Shown here piece after piece: positions 19,579-29,106 of a DNA stretch of 64,000 nt (positions are counted from its first letter, which is position 1; every line of letters begins with the position of its first letter). Below the pieces are notes generated by a model. It ran no database searches. It had not been told where the DNA came from and worked only from the letters and a program-made list of their open reading frames with translations. Both the position numbers and the translations under genes were made by a program. Source of the stretch: an uncultured Syntrophomonadaceae bacterium (GTDB taxonomy: Bacteria; Bacillota; Dethiobacteria; DTU022); contig CAYTER010000002.1 of NCBI GenBank assembly GCA_964436815.1, forward strand, positions 15,401 to 79,400, read 5' to 3'.

Positions 19579-20133
19579 CTAATTGATCATTAAAATTGCA
19601 TAACGATTCATTTCCTGATCATAGCTGCTCAGGACTTCGATTGGATAACCGGCGTTGCGAACAGTTGAAAAAACATCGACAGCCAGCGATTCAGGGCCCG
19701 GCCGCGCATCATCTTTATGGATACACCCTTCCCGTGTCCCGGTACAATCACTGCATAAACGACATTCATCCATGAAAAGCATAAAGGCTTTATAATATCC
19801 TGCCCAGAAAACTTCCCGCTCTATTTTGATCAGCTTCTGACTGAGATCTTTACTCCAGGGAATCCGATCGAGAGGTTTCTCCAGCTTCTTGACAAAATGA
19901 AAAAGCACGGCATCTGTATACTCATTAAAGAAGGCCCTGCATTCATCCACCGGCGGTACTTGCGGGGGACAGGTTCCCTTTTTGCCATAACTGGTGCAGC
20001 CAAACATACACTTGAACCGCACCCAGTTGGCAACCTCGATCGCTGAAGCCTTGATCCATCGATAATCATCAAAACCGTGGCGCTTAAAGATTTGATCCAA
20101 TTCACTGTGTTTAATGATGACGCCCCCCCGCAT
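19579..20133 (-). CDS. DUF2284-type predicted metal-binding protein (Cys-rich)
   Basis: 184 aa with CMFGCTSYGKKGTCPP and CRLCSDCTGTREGC cysteine clusters. It is the last gene of the Mo-hydroxylase operon. Confidence 0.6.
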   Translation of the reverse strand: MRGGVIIKHSELDQIFKRHGFDDYRWIKASAIEVANWVRFKCMFGCTSYGKKGTCPPQVPPVDECRAFFNEYTDAVLFHFVKKLEKPLDRIPWSKDLSQKLIKIEREVFWAGYYKAFMLFMDECRLCSDCTGTREGCIHKDDARPGPESLAVDVFSTVRNAGYPIEVLSSYDQEMNRYAILMIN

Positions 20134-20149
20134 CTACCGCAACAGGATC

Positions 20150-20626
20150 TTAACGGCTTAACAATTCTTTTGCTTTTTCAATTGAACGGTTAATCCCTTC
20201 ATAGCCTGTACAGCGGCACAGGTTACTCTGCAACCAGTCGCGGGATATTTCTGCTGAAGCGTCCGGGTGCTTTTCCAACATAGCGTAAGCATTGACCAGA
20301 AAACCGGAAGTGCAGAATCCACACTGATAGCCGCCTTCCTCAAGAAATGCTTTTTGGATGGCTGTATCTTTCAGTCCTTCAACAGTTATGACTTCTCTTC
20401 CCTGTGCTTCAACCGCAAGCACCAGGCACGATTTAACCGGAACCCCGTCAAGCAGTACCGTGCAAGCCCCGCAATCTCCGTTCTCACAACCCGGTTTGGC
20501 GCCAGTCAGACCGAGTTTTTCACGCAGGACCCGCAACAGGGTGTCTGCAGGTCTTACCACAACCTGCCTTTTCTCATTGTTAACATTCAATGTAATTTTG
20601 TTGACTCCCTTTAGATAGACGTCCAT
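20150..20626 (-). CDS. Molybdenum hydroxylase small subunit, [2Fe-2S]-binding (CoxS/XdhC-like)
   Basis: 158 aa, with CENGDCGACTV (plant-type 2Fe-2S) and QCGFCTSGF...CRCTGY (second 2Fe-2S). Confidence 0.85.
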   Translation of the reverse strand: MDVYLKGVNKITLNVNNEKRQVVVRPADTLLRVLREKLGLTGAKPGCENGDCGACTVLLDGVPVKSCLVLAVEAQGREVITVEGLKDTAIQKAFLEEGGYQCGFCTSGFLVNAYAMLEKHPDASAEISRDWLQSNLCRCTGYEGINRSIEKAKELLSR

Positions 20627-21462
20627 CAGCGACCCTCCATTTCCTTCAGCAGCAGCGCCAAATCCTGCTCGAAGAGGGCTCTGCGGTAGGCCGCAGAACC
20701 GCGATCATCATCATTAATTTTGCCAGGCAGGTTTTCAGGGATTAACCGGGCTAAATCCTCTGGCCGCCCTTCATACTCACTGATCACCCGTTCCAGTTCT
20801 TCGCTGCGAAAAGCAAAAGAGCAAAGCCCTGATACAGCGATTTTAAGTCTTCCCTGATCCCTGACCGAAACCAGGTGATAAAGAGGATAATCAACCGGGC
20901 CGTGTTTCTCACGGCGCCTGGTCCAGTAAGGCAGGTCAAGCTTTTCCACCGCTACTCTAAACTGCAGCAAGATCTCGCCTTTCCCGAGTTTCAAGCGTTT
21001 ATCAAAAAGGTTTGATATTTTCTCTGTTCGCTGACCGTCTGGTCCAATCACCAAGAGCTCGGCATCGGCCAGCAGAAAGGGCAGCACCGCTTCACGGTAA
21101 GGCAGCCGGCCGCAAATATTTCCTCCCAGGGTCAGACGGTTACGAACAGTGTGATCGGCAATCCTGCAGACCGCTGCCGACAGCAACGGATATTGCTGAT
21201 CCTCGGCAATCCTGTTCAAGACCAGGTTGGCCCCAACCAACAGCTGCCCGTCTTTTCTCTCAAAAAGCAGTGTTTCACTGATCTGTTTCAAGTCGATCAG
21301 CGCTTTTGTTTCAACCTTCTGCTGGCGGCAAAAAGTGATAATTTCCGTTCCACCGGCATAGTAGAGAGGTTTTTTCTGCTCAGCTTTTAATTTCTGAAAA
21401 TACTCGACCGCTTCAACTGCTGTCTGCGGAAGATAGTAGTCGAAATCAAAGGGTATCATCAT
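20626..21462 (-). CDS. Molybdenum hydroxylase FAD-binding medium subunit (CoxM/XdhB-like)
   Basis: It has YYAGGTEII and LGGNICG FAD-binding motifs. The track ORF (to 21696) includes a 78-aa antisense-derived extension. The likely start is MMIPFDFDYY, behind GGGGG and overlapping the large-subunit stop (TAATG). Confidence 0.8.
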   Translation of the reverse strand: MMIPFDFDYYLPQTAVEAVEYFQKLKAEQKKPLYYAGGTEIITFCRQQKVETKALIDLKQISETLLFERKDGQLLVGANLVLNRIAEDQQYPLLSAAVCRIADHTVRNRLTLGGNICGRLPYREAVLPFLLADAELLVIGPDGQRTEKISNLFDKRLKLGKGEILLQFRVAVEKLDLPYWTRRREKHGPVDYPLYHLVSVRDQGRLKIAVSGLCSFAFRSEELERVISEYEGRPEDLARLIPENLPGKINDDDRGSAAYRRALFEQDLALLLKEMEGR

Positions 21463-23785
21463 TAGCCCCCCTTCCAGCTTCCCAGATACTCTGTGGAGTA
21501 AGCGGGAGGCGATTGAGCTGCCGTCCGAGAGCCCTGGAAAGCGCCCCGGCCAAAGCGCCGGGCATTCCCAGCACACCCTGTTCGCCCAGGCCCCTGGCGC
21601 CAAATGGGCCGTCCCTCTGGGGTGATTCAACAAATTCAACCATGTAGCGCGGCTCTTCCCCATAACGCATGATTTTGTACCCGCGCAGGTCATCATTATT
21701 TACTCTGCCCTGACTGTTGAGATTGAATCCTTCCCACCCGGCGAATCCGAGGCCCATTGACATCCCTCCGACAATCTGGCCGTGGGCCAGAAAGGGATTA
21801 ATGACCTTACCCACATCCATGGCGCAGACCGCCTTTGTAACCTTATATGTCCCATCAGCGGGGTTCAGCTCAACCTCAATACCCTGGGCACCCATCGTCC
21901 ATTCCAGGGCCGGGTGTCCAGCGCCAGTTTCCGGATCAATGGCCGTTAACCGGCGTGAAATATAGCGGCCAACGCCGATCACCTGTCCCTCAATAGCGTT
22001 GCCTTCGGGATAGACATAACCGAGGGCTACTTCAGCCAGGGGCAGACCGATTTCCGGTTCATCAGCCAGGTAGACTCTTCCGCCTGATACCTTCAAATCC
22101 TCCGGCGGACAGCGCAGGACAATCGCCGCTGTCCTGCAGAGCTGACGGATAGCATCATCGGCTGCTTCAAGCAAAGCCCGGCCGATCATAAACAGACTGC
22201 GACTGGCCGCTGTTGCCCAGTCATGCGGCGCGACGCGGGTATTAACTTCACTGACAATGTGCACCTGGTCGGGGCTGATGCCCAGTTTTTCCGCAAGAAC
22301 CTGGGCCAGGGCGGTTTTTATACCCTGCCCGATCTCAATAACCCCACAGTGCAGATTAACGGTTCCATCTTCATTAAAAGTCAGAATCGCCCCGCCGTCG
22401 GCATTTGTGGGCATTGCCGGCGCTTTCCAGAAACAGCTGACACTTTTTCCGCTCACCCGGCCGTCCGAAAGCTCAGCGCGTTGTCCATTCTGCCAATCCA
22501 GCATAACCCCAACCCGTTTTAAGCATTCCCTGAGATCACCGGTGTTCGCGTCCATCACGCTCTGGGTTGGTGTAGCATCGCCGGTCTTGATTGCATTTAT
22601 TATTCTGAACTCAAGTGGATCATAACCGGCTTTTTCACTAAGCAGATCTACAGCCCGCTCCATGGCAAAAGCCAGCTCTATATGCCCGAAACCCCTGTAA
22701 GCGGTGGCAAAGGGATGGTTGGTATAAACACAAAGGGAATCACACCAGATGTTCGGAATCAAGTAGGGCCCGGTGCAGGCTATCGCAGCAGCCCGGCTGA
22801 TGTTTACCGCATAATCGGCATAAGCGCCGCTGTCAAAGCAAAAATAGATCTCAGCAGCCTGCAGTTTTCCATCCTGCGTGCAGCCCAGCTTGATTTTAGC
22901 CTCAAGTCCGGTCCGTCCCGGTGAGGAGACAAGATCATTTTCACGGCTGTTCACCAGCCTGACCGGTCGCCCGCCAACAGCTTTTGTCAGCAGGTAGGCC
23001 AGTCCTTCTAACTGAATTCCGGCTTTTCCTCCAAAACCGCCGCCAAGAGGACCGGTAATCACCGTAATTTTACCGGGAGGCAGGTTAAAAGCTGTCGCCA
23101 GTAAACTGCGCACTACAAAAGGAGCCTGGGTGGTGGAGTGGATCACTACCTGTCCGTCCTCAAGAATTTCTGCGGTTGACGCCCTGGTTTCCATAGCAAC
23201 ATGATCGCCGGGAGGAAAACTGAAGAAACCGGAAACCACAAAATCGCAGTTCTTAAAACCCTGCTCTGTGTTACCTTTGCGAATTTTAGTCCTGTTGGCA
23301 ATATTACTTCCCGGTTCGGGGAAAATCGCCGGTATGTGGCTGTAAGCAGCCATCTCTTCATGCAAAATCGGGGCTCCTTCGGCCAATGCCGCACCGGGAG
23401 AGTCAACAACCGGGAGGGGTTCATATTCTACGGTAATCAAAGGCAGGGCCGCAATCGCTTCGGCTTCACTGTCTGCAACAACAGCGGCAACCGGCTCACC
23501 GTAATGGCGAACCTTACCACGGGCCAGCGGCGGTTTATCACCGAGATAAATTCCGATATTACCGGGTATATCGGCACCGGTCAGTATAGCGCGGACGCCT
23601 GATGATTTGAGAGCCGCCGATACATCAACCTTGATGATCCTGGCATGGGCATGAGGGCTTACTTTTATAACCGCATGAAGAAATTCCGGTGACAAGTGAT
23701 CGTTTAAGTAGCGTAATTTGCCGCGAACCTTATCCGGACCGTCTTTACGCGGAACCGATACTCCAACATACTGTTCTTCAGCCAT
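21446..23785 (-). CDS. Molybdopterin-binding large subunit of a xanthine dehydrogenase/aldehyde oxidoreductase family enzyme
   Basis: 779 aa with the aldehyde oxidase/xanthine dehydrogenase a/b hammerhead and MoCo-binding domains. GGTGGAGGGA RBS upstream. Confidence 0.85.
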   Translation of the reverse strand: MAEEQYVGVSVPRKDGPDKVRGKLRYLNDHLSPEFLHAVIKVSPHAHARIIKVDVSAALKSSGVRAILTGADIPGNIGIYLGDKPPLARGKVRHYGEPVAAVVADSEAEAIAALPLITVEYEPLPVVDSPGAALAEGAPILHEEMAAYSHIPAIFPEPGSNIANRTKIRKGNTEQGFKNCDFVVSGFFSFPPGDHVAMETRASTAEILEDGQVVIHSTTQAPFVVRSLLATAFNLPPGKITVITGPLGGGFGGKAGIQLEGLAYLLTKAVGGRPVRLVNSRENDLVSSPGRTGLEAKIKLGCTQDGKLQAAEIYFCFDSGAYADYAVNISRAAAIACTGPYLIPNIWCDSLCVYTNHPFATAYRGFGHIELAFAMERAVDLLSEKAGYDPLEFRIINAIKTGDATPTQSVMDANTGDLRECLKRVGVMLDWQNGQRAELSDGRVSGKSVSCFWKAPAMPTNADGGAILTFNEDGTVNLHCGVIEIGQGIKTALAQVLAEKLGISPDQVHIVSEVNTRVAPHDWATAASRSLFMIGRALLEAADDAIRQLCRTAAIVLRCPPEDLKVSGGRVYLADEPEIGLPLAEVALGYVYPEGNAIEGQVIGVGRYISRRLTAIDPETGAGHPALEWTMGAQGIEVELNPADGTYKVTKAVCAMDVGKVINPFLAHGQIVGGMSMGLGFAGWEGFNLNSQGRVNNDDLRGYKIMRYGEEPRYMVEFVESPQRDGPFGARGLGEQGVLGMPGALAGALSRALGRQLNRLPLTPQSIWEAGRGANDDTL

Positions 23786-23862
23786 ATTGATCCCTCCACC
23801 ATTTCAGTATTCAATGTCTACTTTTCGAAATGATTCGACAAAAGCAGGCCTATTCCTTCCTA

Positions 23863-24741
23863 TTAATCCGGTTGGTGATTGATCAGTAATTCAACCAGTT
23901 CAGTTACATTAACAGCCAGCCCTTTAACTTCTTCCGGATCCCTGGTGCGCAGGGTTGCAAAGATAATTGCGCCAACCTCACCTTTTAAATTCATAACCGG
24001 GCTGCCGCTGCTTCCCGGGTAAATCATGGCCTCGATTACAAGATAAGGGGTTTCCCGCCACCCGGCCTGCATGTACCCGGTTACTTTTCCCCTGTTGGCA
24101 ATACGGGCAAACTGCAGGGGATTACCGATGATTAACACTTCTTCCCCCGGAACAAAAGAGTATTCCGCCAGCGGCAACACCGGCAGGTTATCGCCCTCAA
24201 TGACCACTAAAGCCAAATCAACATCTTCTGACATCAGCCAATTACCGGCGATATAAAATCCGCGATCCGGAAATGAAACCCTGACCAGTGCCGCATCTTC
24301 CACCAAATGGCGGTTGGTCACAATCAGTCCTTTTTCGCTGATATTAAAACCGCTGCCCCGCAAACTGCCATCGGCCGAGCCGGCCTTATTCTCAACAAAA
24401 ACCTGAACGACCGCTTCTTTCGCCTGATCTACGACCGGGTTGGATGAAAGCAACCATGATTCGCGCAGAAAACTGTACGCCGGTCCGGTAAAAACCGACA
24501 ACCAGCGGCCGGTAACCGTAAAGAAAAAAACCAGGGCCAGCAGGAGGGCAACCACCCTGACTGCCAGACCGATAATTTTCGATCTCTCCTTTTCAGGGGG
24601 GCGGTCAGCCTGCCGACCTGCATATTTGCGGTTCAGTTCGGCGATCAGTTCGCGATCTTCAGTGTTATTATTCCCGAGGTCGAAGGCTGTCACCTTCCCT
24701 GCCATTGTTATTATGAGTCCGGGCTGATAAACTAATAGCAA
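23863..24741 (-). CDS. Membrane-anchored trypsin-like (S1C/HtrA-like, no PDZ) serine protease
   Basis: 292 aa with a TM helix and the triad context TNRHLV (His), DLALV (Asp) and GSSGSPV (Ser). Confidence 0.75.
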   Translation of the reverse strand: MLLVYQPGLIITMAGKVTAFDLGNNNTEDRELIAELNRKYAGRQADRPPEKERSKIIGLAVRVVALLLALVFFFTVTGRWLSVFTGPAYSFLRESWLLSSNPVVDQAKEAVVQVFVENKAGSADGSLRGSGFNISEKGLIVTNRHLVEDAALVRVSFPDRGFYIAGNWLMSEDVDLALVVIEGDNLPVLPLAEYSFVPGEEVLIIGNPLQFARIANRGKVTGYMQAGWRETPYLVIEAMIYPGSSGSPVMNLKGEVGAIIFATLRTRDPEEVKGLAVNVTELVELLINHQPD

Positions 24742-24772
24742 TCAATTTATTTATTTTTCATCCTTAGAAAGG

Positions 24773-25039
24773 ATGGACAGATCGATCGATATGACTAGAA
24801 AACCACCAGTCTTATCAAAATCCAGGGAAGAAAAAATACTGAAAAAAAAGGTTCACCGGGCTCTTTTTGAAGCACGCAAAGCCCTCTATAGCAATGACGA
24901 AGAAGAAGCCCGCCGGATAGTCCGTAAAGTAGTCGAAGAATCAGCTTCCCTGGCCTACCAGGTTAATCTTGAAGGCGGGTTCAACTGGGTTATCGAGATT
25001 CTGAAACCGCTCGATGAGCTCTTTTTACCGGATGAATAG
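24773..25039 (+). CDS. Small hypothetical protein (88 aa, charged and helical)
   Basis: It has an AAAGGA RBS and sits alone on the plus strand between minus-strand genes. No recognisable motif. Confidence 0.35.
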   Translation: MDRSIDMTRKPPVLSKSREEKILKKKVHRALFEARKALYSNDEEEARRIVRKVVEESASLAYQVNLEGGFNWVIEILKPLDELFLPDE

Positions 25040-25052
25040 ATCCCCAAGAGCC

Positions 25053-25652
25053 TTAAAACGACAAATAAGCAAATACTATGGCTACCGCTACGAGCACAGG
25101 AATTCCGACCAGGATGACCAGGTGCAGGACATATACCCCGATACTGGCTCCGGTTGAAAGATTATGGCTTTCCCGCACAGCAATCACCTGCAGCACCAAG
25201 ACCCAGATCGACAGACCAAAGCTAATCAGGCTGGTGATAATATTGCCGACTGTTCCAAAAAATCCACTTAATAAAGTAACCGGCACCCCGATGATCAAGG
25301 GGAAATTAGCAAATGCATAGGCTGAGAAAAGGTTCCAGAAGCCCCCGCTTCCTTTAAAGAGGCGGGCGAAAAGATGAAGCACGCCCGTAATGATAAAAAT
25401 CGAGATTATGCCAATAAGCAGCGAAGCGGCAATAATCACCGAGACCGGTATATTAAGATTAGCTTCAAGCATCAAAGCCTGAAAAGCCTGATAGGATTGT
25501 TCATTAAAAATTGATGCCAGGACTCCCAGCATCGTCACTCCTAAGTAAATGAGGAAAGCAGCATTGGCCGGCTTCTCCCGCGCAATTTCATTTAAGGTTT
25601 GAACCGGCCTGGTGAGCGTCCCATACAGCCAGTTAACAACCTGATCAATCAT
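25053..25652 (-). CDS. Yip1-domain membrane protein
   Basis: 199 aa, 5 TM helices, with a Yip1-like N-terminus (GTLTRPVQTLNEI). Confidence 0.6.
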   Translation of the reverse strand: MIDQVVNWLYGTLTRPVQTLNEIAREKPANAAFLIYLGVTMLGVLASIFNEQSYQAFQALMLEANLNIPVSVIIAASLLIGIISIFIITGVLHLFARLFKGSGGFWNLFSAYAFANFPLIIGVPVTLLSGFFGTVGNIITSLISFGLSIWVLVLQVIAVRESHNLSTGASIGVYVLHLVILVGIPVLVAVAIVFAYLSF

Positions 25653-25712
25653 GAGTTACCGCCTCCTTCGGTTTTTATTCTCTAGCTTTGTATAAGTAGG
25701 ATTAATAAGCAT

Positions 25713-26645
25713 TTACCTGATTTGATAACGTATTTCAGGAACAAATCCATCGCGCAGGGTCTCAAGCAACAGAAGATCTGACCCCAAAATATTCTTTTCA
25801 AATGCAGCCAGTACCCGGTAGCCGATATCAAAGAGCTGGCTGAAAGCTGAAGGTTGAGGAAACTCGTAGCGAACCGGGTTTTCAAGGTTATTTAATTCAG
25901 CCAGATAATCGATGGCCTCTTCGATTCCGCCCAGGCGGTCTACCAATCCGAGTTCTAAAGCCTGCGTTCCGAGATAGAGCTGCCCGGTAGCCAACTCCCG
26001 GACCACTGCCGGATCCATCCCCCGGTCAGTCGCGACATCCGTAATAAATTGTGCATAGGCTTCATCGGATATAGCTTGCATGATTGAACGCTCTTCTTCT
26101 GTCAGCGCGCGGCTGAACATATCCTTAAATTCCCCGGATTTTATCGTTTCAACTTCTAGGCCCAGCTTTTCGTAGAGCCCTTCTGTATTGATCAGGGTGC
26201 TAATCACGCCAATTGAACCGGTCAGGGTACCGGGTTGGGCTACTATGCCCTGGGCAGGAGCAGAAATGTAGTAACCACCCGAAGCAGCCATATCAGCCAT
26301 GGAGACTACGATCGGTTTGCCGAAATTCCTGATCAGCGCGGCAATTTCCTGTGAAGCGGCGATTGAGCCTCCCGGGCTTTCCACTCTCAGAACCACACCT
26401 TTTATCTGCGCATCAGCTTCCGCTTTATCTAACTGTCTCTGAACATAGCCGGGGGTAATCCCTCCAGCCAGGAATCCTCCTGCTGCTTCCTGGATAGCCC
26501 CGGTCAGGGAGATTACCACCACTTTATTCTGATCGGAGCGGATTAAACTGCGCCCCTGGTCGGAGGTGCCGAGGAACGGGACGACAACCACAGTGATCAA
26601 AGCCAAAATTACCAAAGTTAAAATTACGAACTTCTTCGTTCTCAT
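25713..26645 (-). CDS. sppA: Signal peptide peptidase SppA (S49, 36K type)
   Basis: 310 aa with an N-terminal TM helix and the catalytic region VVLRVESPGGSIAASQEI...MAASGGYYIS. Confidence 0.8.
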   Translation of the reverse strand: MRTKKFVILTLVILALITVVVVPFLGTSDQGRSLIRSDQNKVVVISLTGAIQEAAGGFLAGGITPGYVQRQLDKAEADAQIKGVVLRVESPGGSIAASQEIAALIRNFGKPIVVSMADMAASGGYYISAPAQGIVAQPGTLTGSIGVISTLINTEGLYEKLGLEVETIKSGEFKDMFSRALTEEERSIMQAISDEAYAQFITDVATDRGMDPAVVRELATGQLYLGTQALELGLVDRLGGIEEAIDYLAELNNLENPVRYEFPQPSAFSQLFDIGYRVLAAFEKNILGSDLLLLETLRDGFVPEIRYQIR

Positions 26646-26823
26646 AACCGACCACCCTTAAATAAATTGTTGCCTTTTATTTTGACAGGCAGGACTAAGT
26701 TTCCTCTATTCTTAGCAAGTATGAAGTTACCGGATATGGTTGTATCCACTTTAAGACTATGATAAAATAAATATAACCTTTATGGTTATAAATAAAACCC
26801 AAGCTAAAGGAGTTGCCGTTGAT

Positions 26824-27144
26824 ATGAAAGAGTTTTTAGCAGAGACGTTGAAGATGAAGGATCTTGCCGCTTACCAGGATGGCGCCGTAGTGAGTAAGGA
26901 AGTTCTCAAAAAAGATACGGGCACTGTTACCATTTTTTCTTTTGACCAGGGTCAGGGATTAAGCGAACATACCGCCCCTTTTGATGCAATGGTCATTGTG
27001 TTGGATGGCGAAGCAGAAATTATTATATCCGGGAAGGCACACCAGGTCAGGGAAGGCGAAATGATCATCATGCCCGCTCACGAACCTCACGCTTTGAAAG
27101 CAAATAAACGGTTTAAAATGATGCTGGTTATGATTCGTTCATGA
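26824..27144 (+). CDS. Cupin-domain protein
   Basis: Small beta-barrel cupin with G(x)5HxH-like and P(x)4H motifs. I chose the start at MKEFL (AAGGAG 12 nt upstream) rather than the track's 26782. Confidence 0.65.
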   Translation: MKEFLAETLKMKDLAAYQDGAVVSKEVLKKDTGTVTIFSFDQGQGLSEHTAPFDAMVIVLDGEAEIIISGKAHQVREGEMIIMPAHEPHALKANKRFKMMLVMIRS

Positions 27145-27165
27145 TATAGTTAAGACAATAACAAG

Positions 27166-28389
27166 TTGCGCAAACCGGAGGTGTTAAAATTGTCTTTTAA
27201 AGTGAACGATAATGTGACCTGGGTGGGAAAAGTTGACTGGGAACTGCGAAAATTTCACGGTGACGAACTGAGCACTCATCGCGGCAGTACATACAATTCC
27301 TACCTGATCAGGGGCCCTGAGAAAACGGTCCTGGTTGATACTGTCTGGGGGCCGTTTGCCAAAGAATTTGTTAAGAGCCTGAAAAAAGAAATTGACCTGA
27401 AGAAGATTGATTACATTGTTGCCAATCACGCTGAAACCGATCACAGCGGCGCCCTGCCGGAACTGCTGCGCGAAATACCAGGCACGCCTGTCTATTGCAG
27501 CAACGCAGGGGTTAAATCTTTGCGTGGACATTACCATGAAGACTGGAATTTTAAGCCGGTTAAAACCGGTGATCAGATCGACCTCGGAGGTGGCAAAGCC
27601 CTGGTATTCGTTGAGGCAAAGATGCTGCACTGGCCGGACAGCATGTTTTGCTACCTGACGGGCGACAGCATCCTCTTTCCCAATGATGCTTTCGGACAGC
27701 ATTATGCTTCCGAGTATATGTACAATGATCTGGTAGATCAAAGTGAACTTTATGGTGAGGCAATTAAGTACTATGCCAATATCCTGACACCCTTCAGCCC
27801 GCTGGTAACCGCCAAGATTAAAGAAGTAGTGGGTATGAATCTGCCGGTCACCATGATCTGCCCCAGCCATGGAGTAATCTGGCGCGACAACCCGTTACAG
27901 ATCGTTAACAAGTACCTGGAGTGGGCTGACAATTACCAGGAAAACCAGGTAACCGTTATTTATGACACTATGTGGGATGGAACAAGGCGGGCTGCGGAAG
28001 CGATCGTAGCCGGGTTGAAAACAGCTGGCGGGGATCTGAATATTAAACTCTACAATGCCGCCCGTTCCGATATAAACGATGTAATTACGGAAATTTTTAA
28101 ATCGAAGCTGATCATCATCGGATCGCCCACTATAAACAAAGGAATTCTGCATTCCATTGCTGCTTTGATGGAAATTTTGAAAGGCCTGAAATTTCAGCAG
28201 AAAAAAGCCGCTGCTTTCGGCTGTTACGGCTGGAGCGGCGAATCAGTTGATGTAATCAATAAACTGTTTACGGAAGCAGGATTTGAGCTGGTTGAGAGTA
28301 ATGGGCTTAAAATGCTCTGGAATCCTGACGAGCAAGCAGTAGAAGCGGCTAAAGCCTTCGGCCGTGAACTGGCAAATGCGCTAAAATAA
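27166..28389 (+). CDS. A-type flavoprotein (FprA-family flavodiiron protein; O2/NO reductase)
   Basis: 407 aa. The metallo-beta-lactamase-like diiron site is HAETDHSG...H, followed by a C-terminal flavodoxin-like domain (LIIIGSPTINKG). The true start may be the TTG at 27190, behind GGAGGTG. Confidence 0.85.
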   Translation: MRKPEVLKLSFKVNDNVTWVGKVDWELRKFHGDELSTHRGSTYNSYLIRGPEKTVLVDTVWGPFAKEFVKSLKKEIDLKKIDYIVANHAETDHSGALPELLREIPGTPVYCSNAGVKSLRGHYHEDWNFKPVKTGDQIDLGGGKALVFVEAKMLHWPDSMFCYLTGDSILFPNDAFGQHYASEYMYNDLVDQSELYGEAIKYYANILTPFSPLVTAKIKEVVGMNLPVTMICPSHGVIWRDNPLQIVNKYLEWADNYQENQVTVIYDTMWDGTRRAAEAIVAGLKTAGGDLNIKLYNAARSDINDVITEIFKSKLIIIGSPTINKGILHSIAALMEILKGLKFQQKKAAAFGCYGWSGESVDVINKLFTEAGFELVESNGLKMLWNPDEQAVEAAKAFGRELANALK

Positions 28390-28438
28390 AGGAATCATGG
28401 AGCGTGACGGGGGGATGGGTGCTTACCACATCCCCCCA

Positions 28439-29050
28439 TTACACTCCGATGCCGTCCCAGTAAAGATTAAGCAGTCCGGCAACCTGATTCTCGGTTAGTT
28501 CAAGGTTATCAATAATGACCATCCCGCCCATGACAACATAGGTCAGCGCCAGGAAAAGTCTCCCCGCCATTTCAACATCAATATCGGAGCGCACCTCATG
28601 GATACTGATCCCTTCGCGGAGCAGGTTGACTACTTCATGGAGAAGCTCCTGGCGCCTGTCAATAACCCAACCCTGCAGCTCCTGGAAATTCAAAGGCCTC
28701 TCATTATAGAGCAGGTGCAGCCTTTTGCGGTTGCCCTTTAAGAGATCAAGGTGAGCGCTGACAACATTATAGAGCGCATCCTTTACTGAATGCGGTTTGG
28801 CAAGGTATTCTCTGAAAGACTGCAGGTAAAAATCAGCACAGTAAGCAAAGCATTCCTTGAAAAGCTCTTCTTTACTGTCAAAGTACTCGTAGACAGTACC
28901 TTTGCCCACCCCGGCCTGTTCGGCAATCTCAACTACTGTGACCTGGTAAAAATCTTTTTCCAGAAATTTGTCGACCGCGGCAAGCAGTATCTGTTCTTTC
29001 TTGCTGTTTGCTTCCCGTTTATCGGTAAGATCTAAGCTCATCCCGGACAC
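28439..29050 (-). CDS. TetR/AcrR family transcriptional regulator
   Basis: 203 aa with an N-terminal HTH (VTVVEIAEQAGVGKGTVYEYFDSKEELF). It has its own AAGGAGGG RBS and lies downstream of the RND gene on the same strand. Confidence 0.85.
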   Translation of the reverse strand: MSGMSLDLTDKREANSKKEQILLAAVDKFLEKDFYQVTVVEIAEQAGVGKGTVYEYFDSKEELFKECFAYCADFYLQSFREYLAKPHSVKDALYNVVSAHLDLLKGNRKRLHLLYNERPLNFQELQGWVIDRRQELLHEVVNLLREGISIHEVRSDIDVEMAGRLFLALTYVVMGGMVIIDNLELTENQVAGLLNLYWDGIGV

Positions 29051-29106
29051 TCCCTCCTTTGCAGAATCTCATAAATCAGGCAATCCGCCACTTTAATTGA
29101 TCAGGG

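Noticed and set aside
21463-21696. 78-aa N-terminal extension of the FAD-binding subunit ORF (MMTCAGTKSC...).
   Set aside because: The extension lies inside the large-subunit coding region in another frame. The real start is the internal ATG, behind GGGGG and overlapping the upstream stop.
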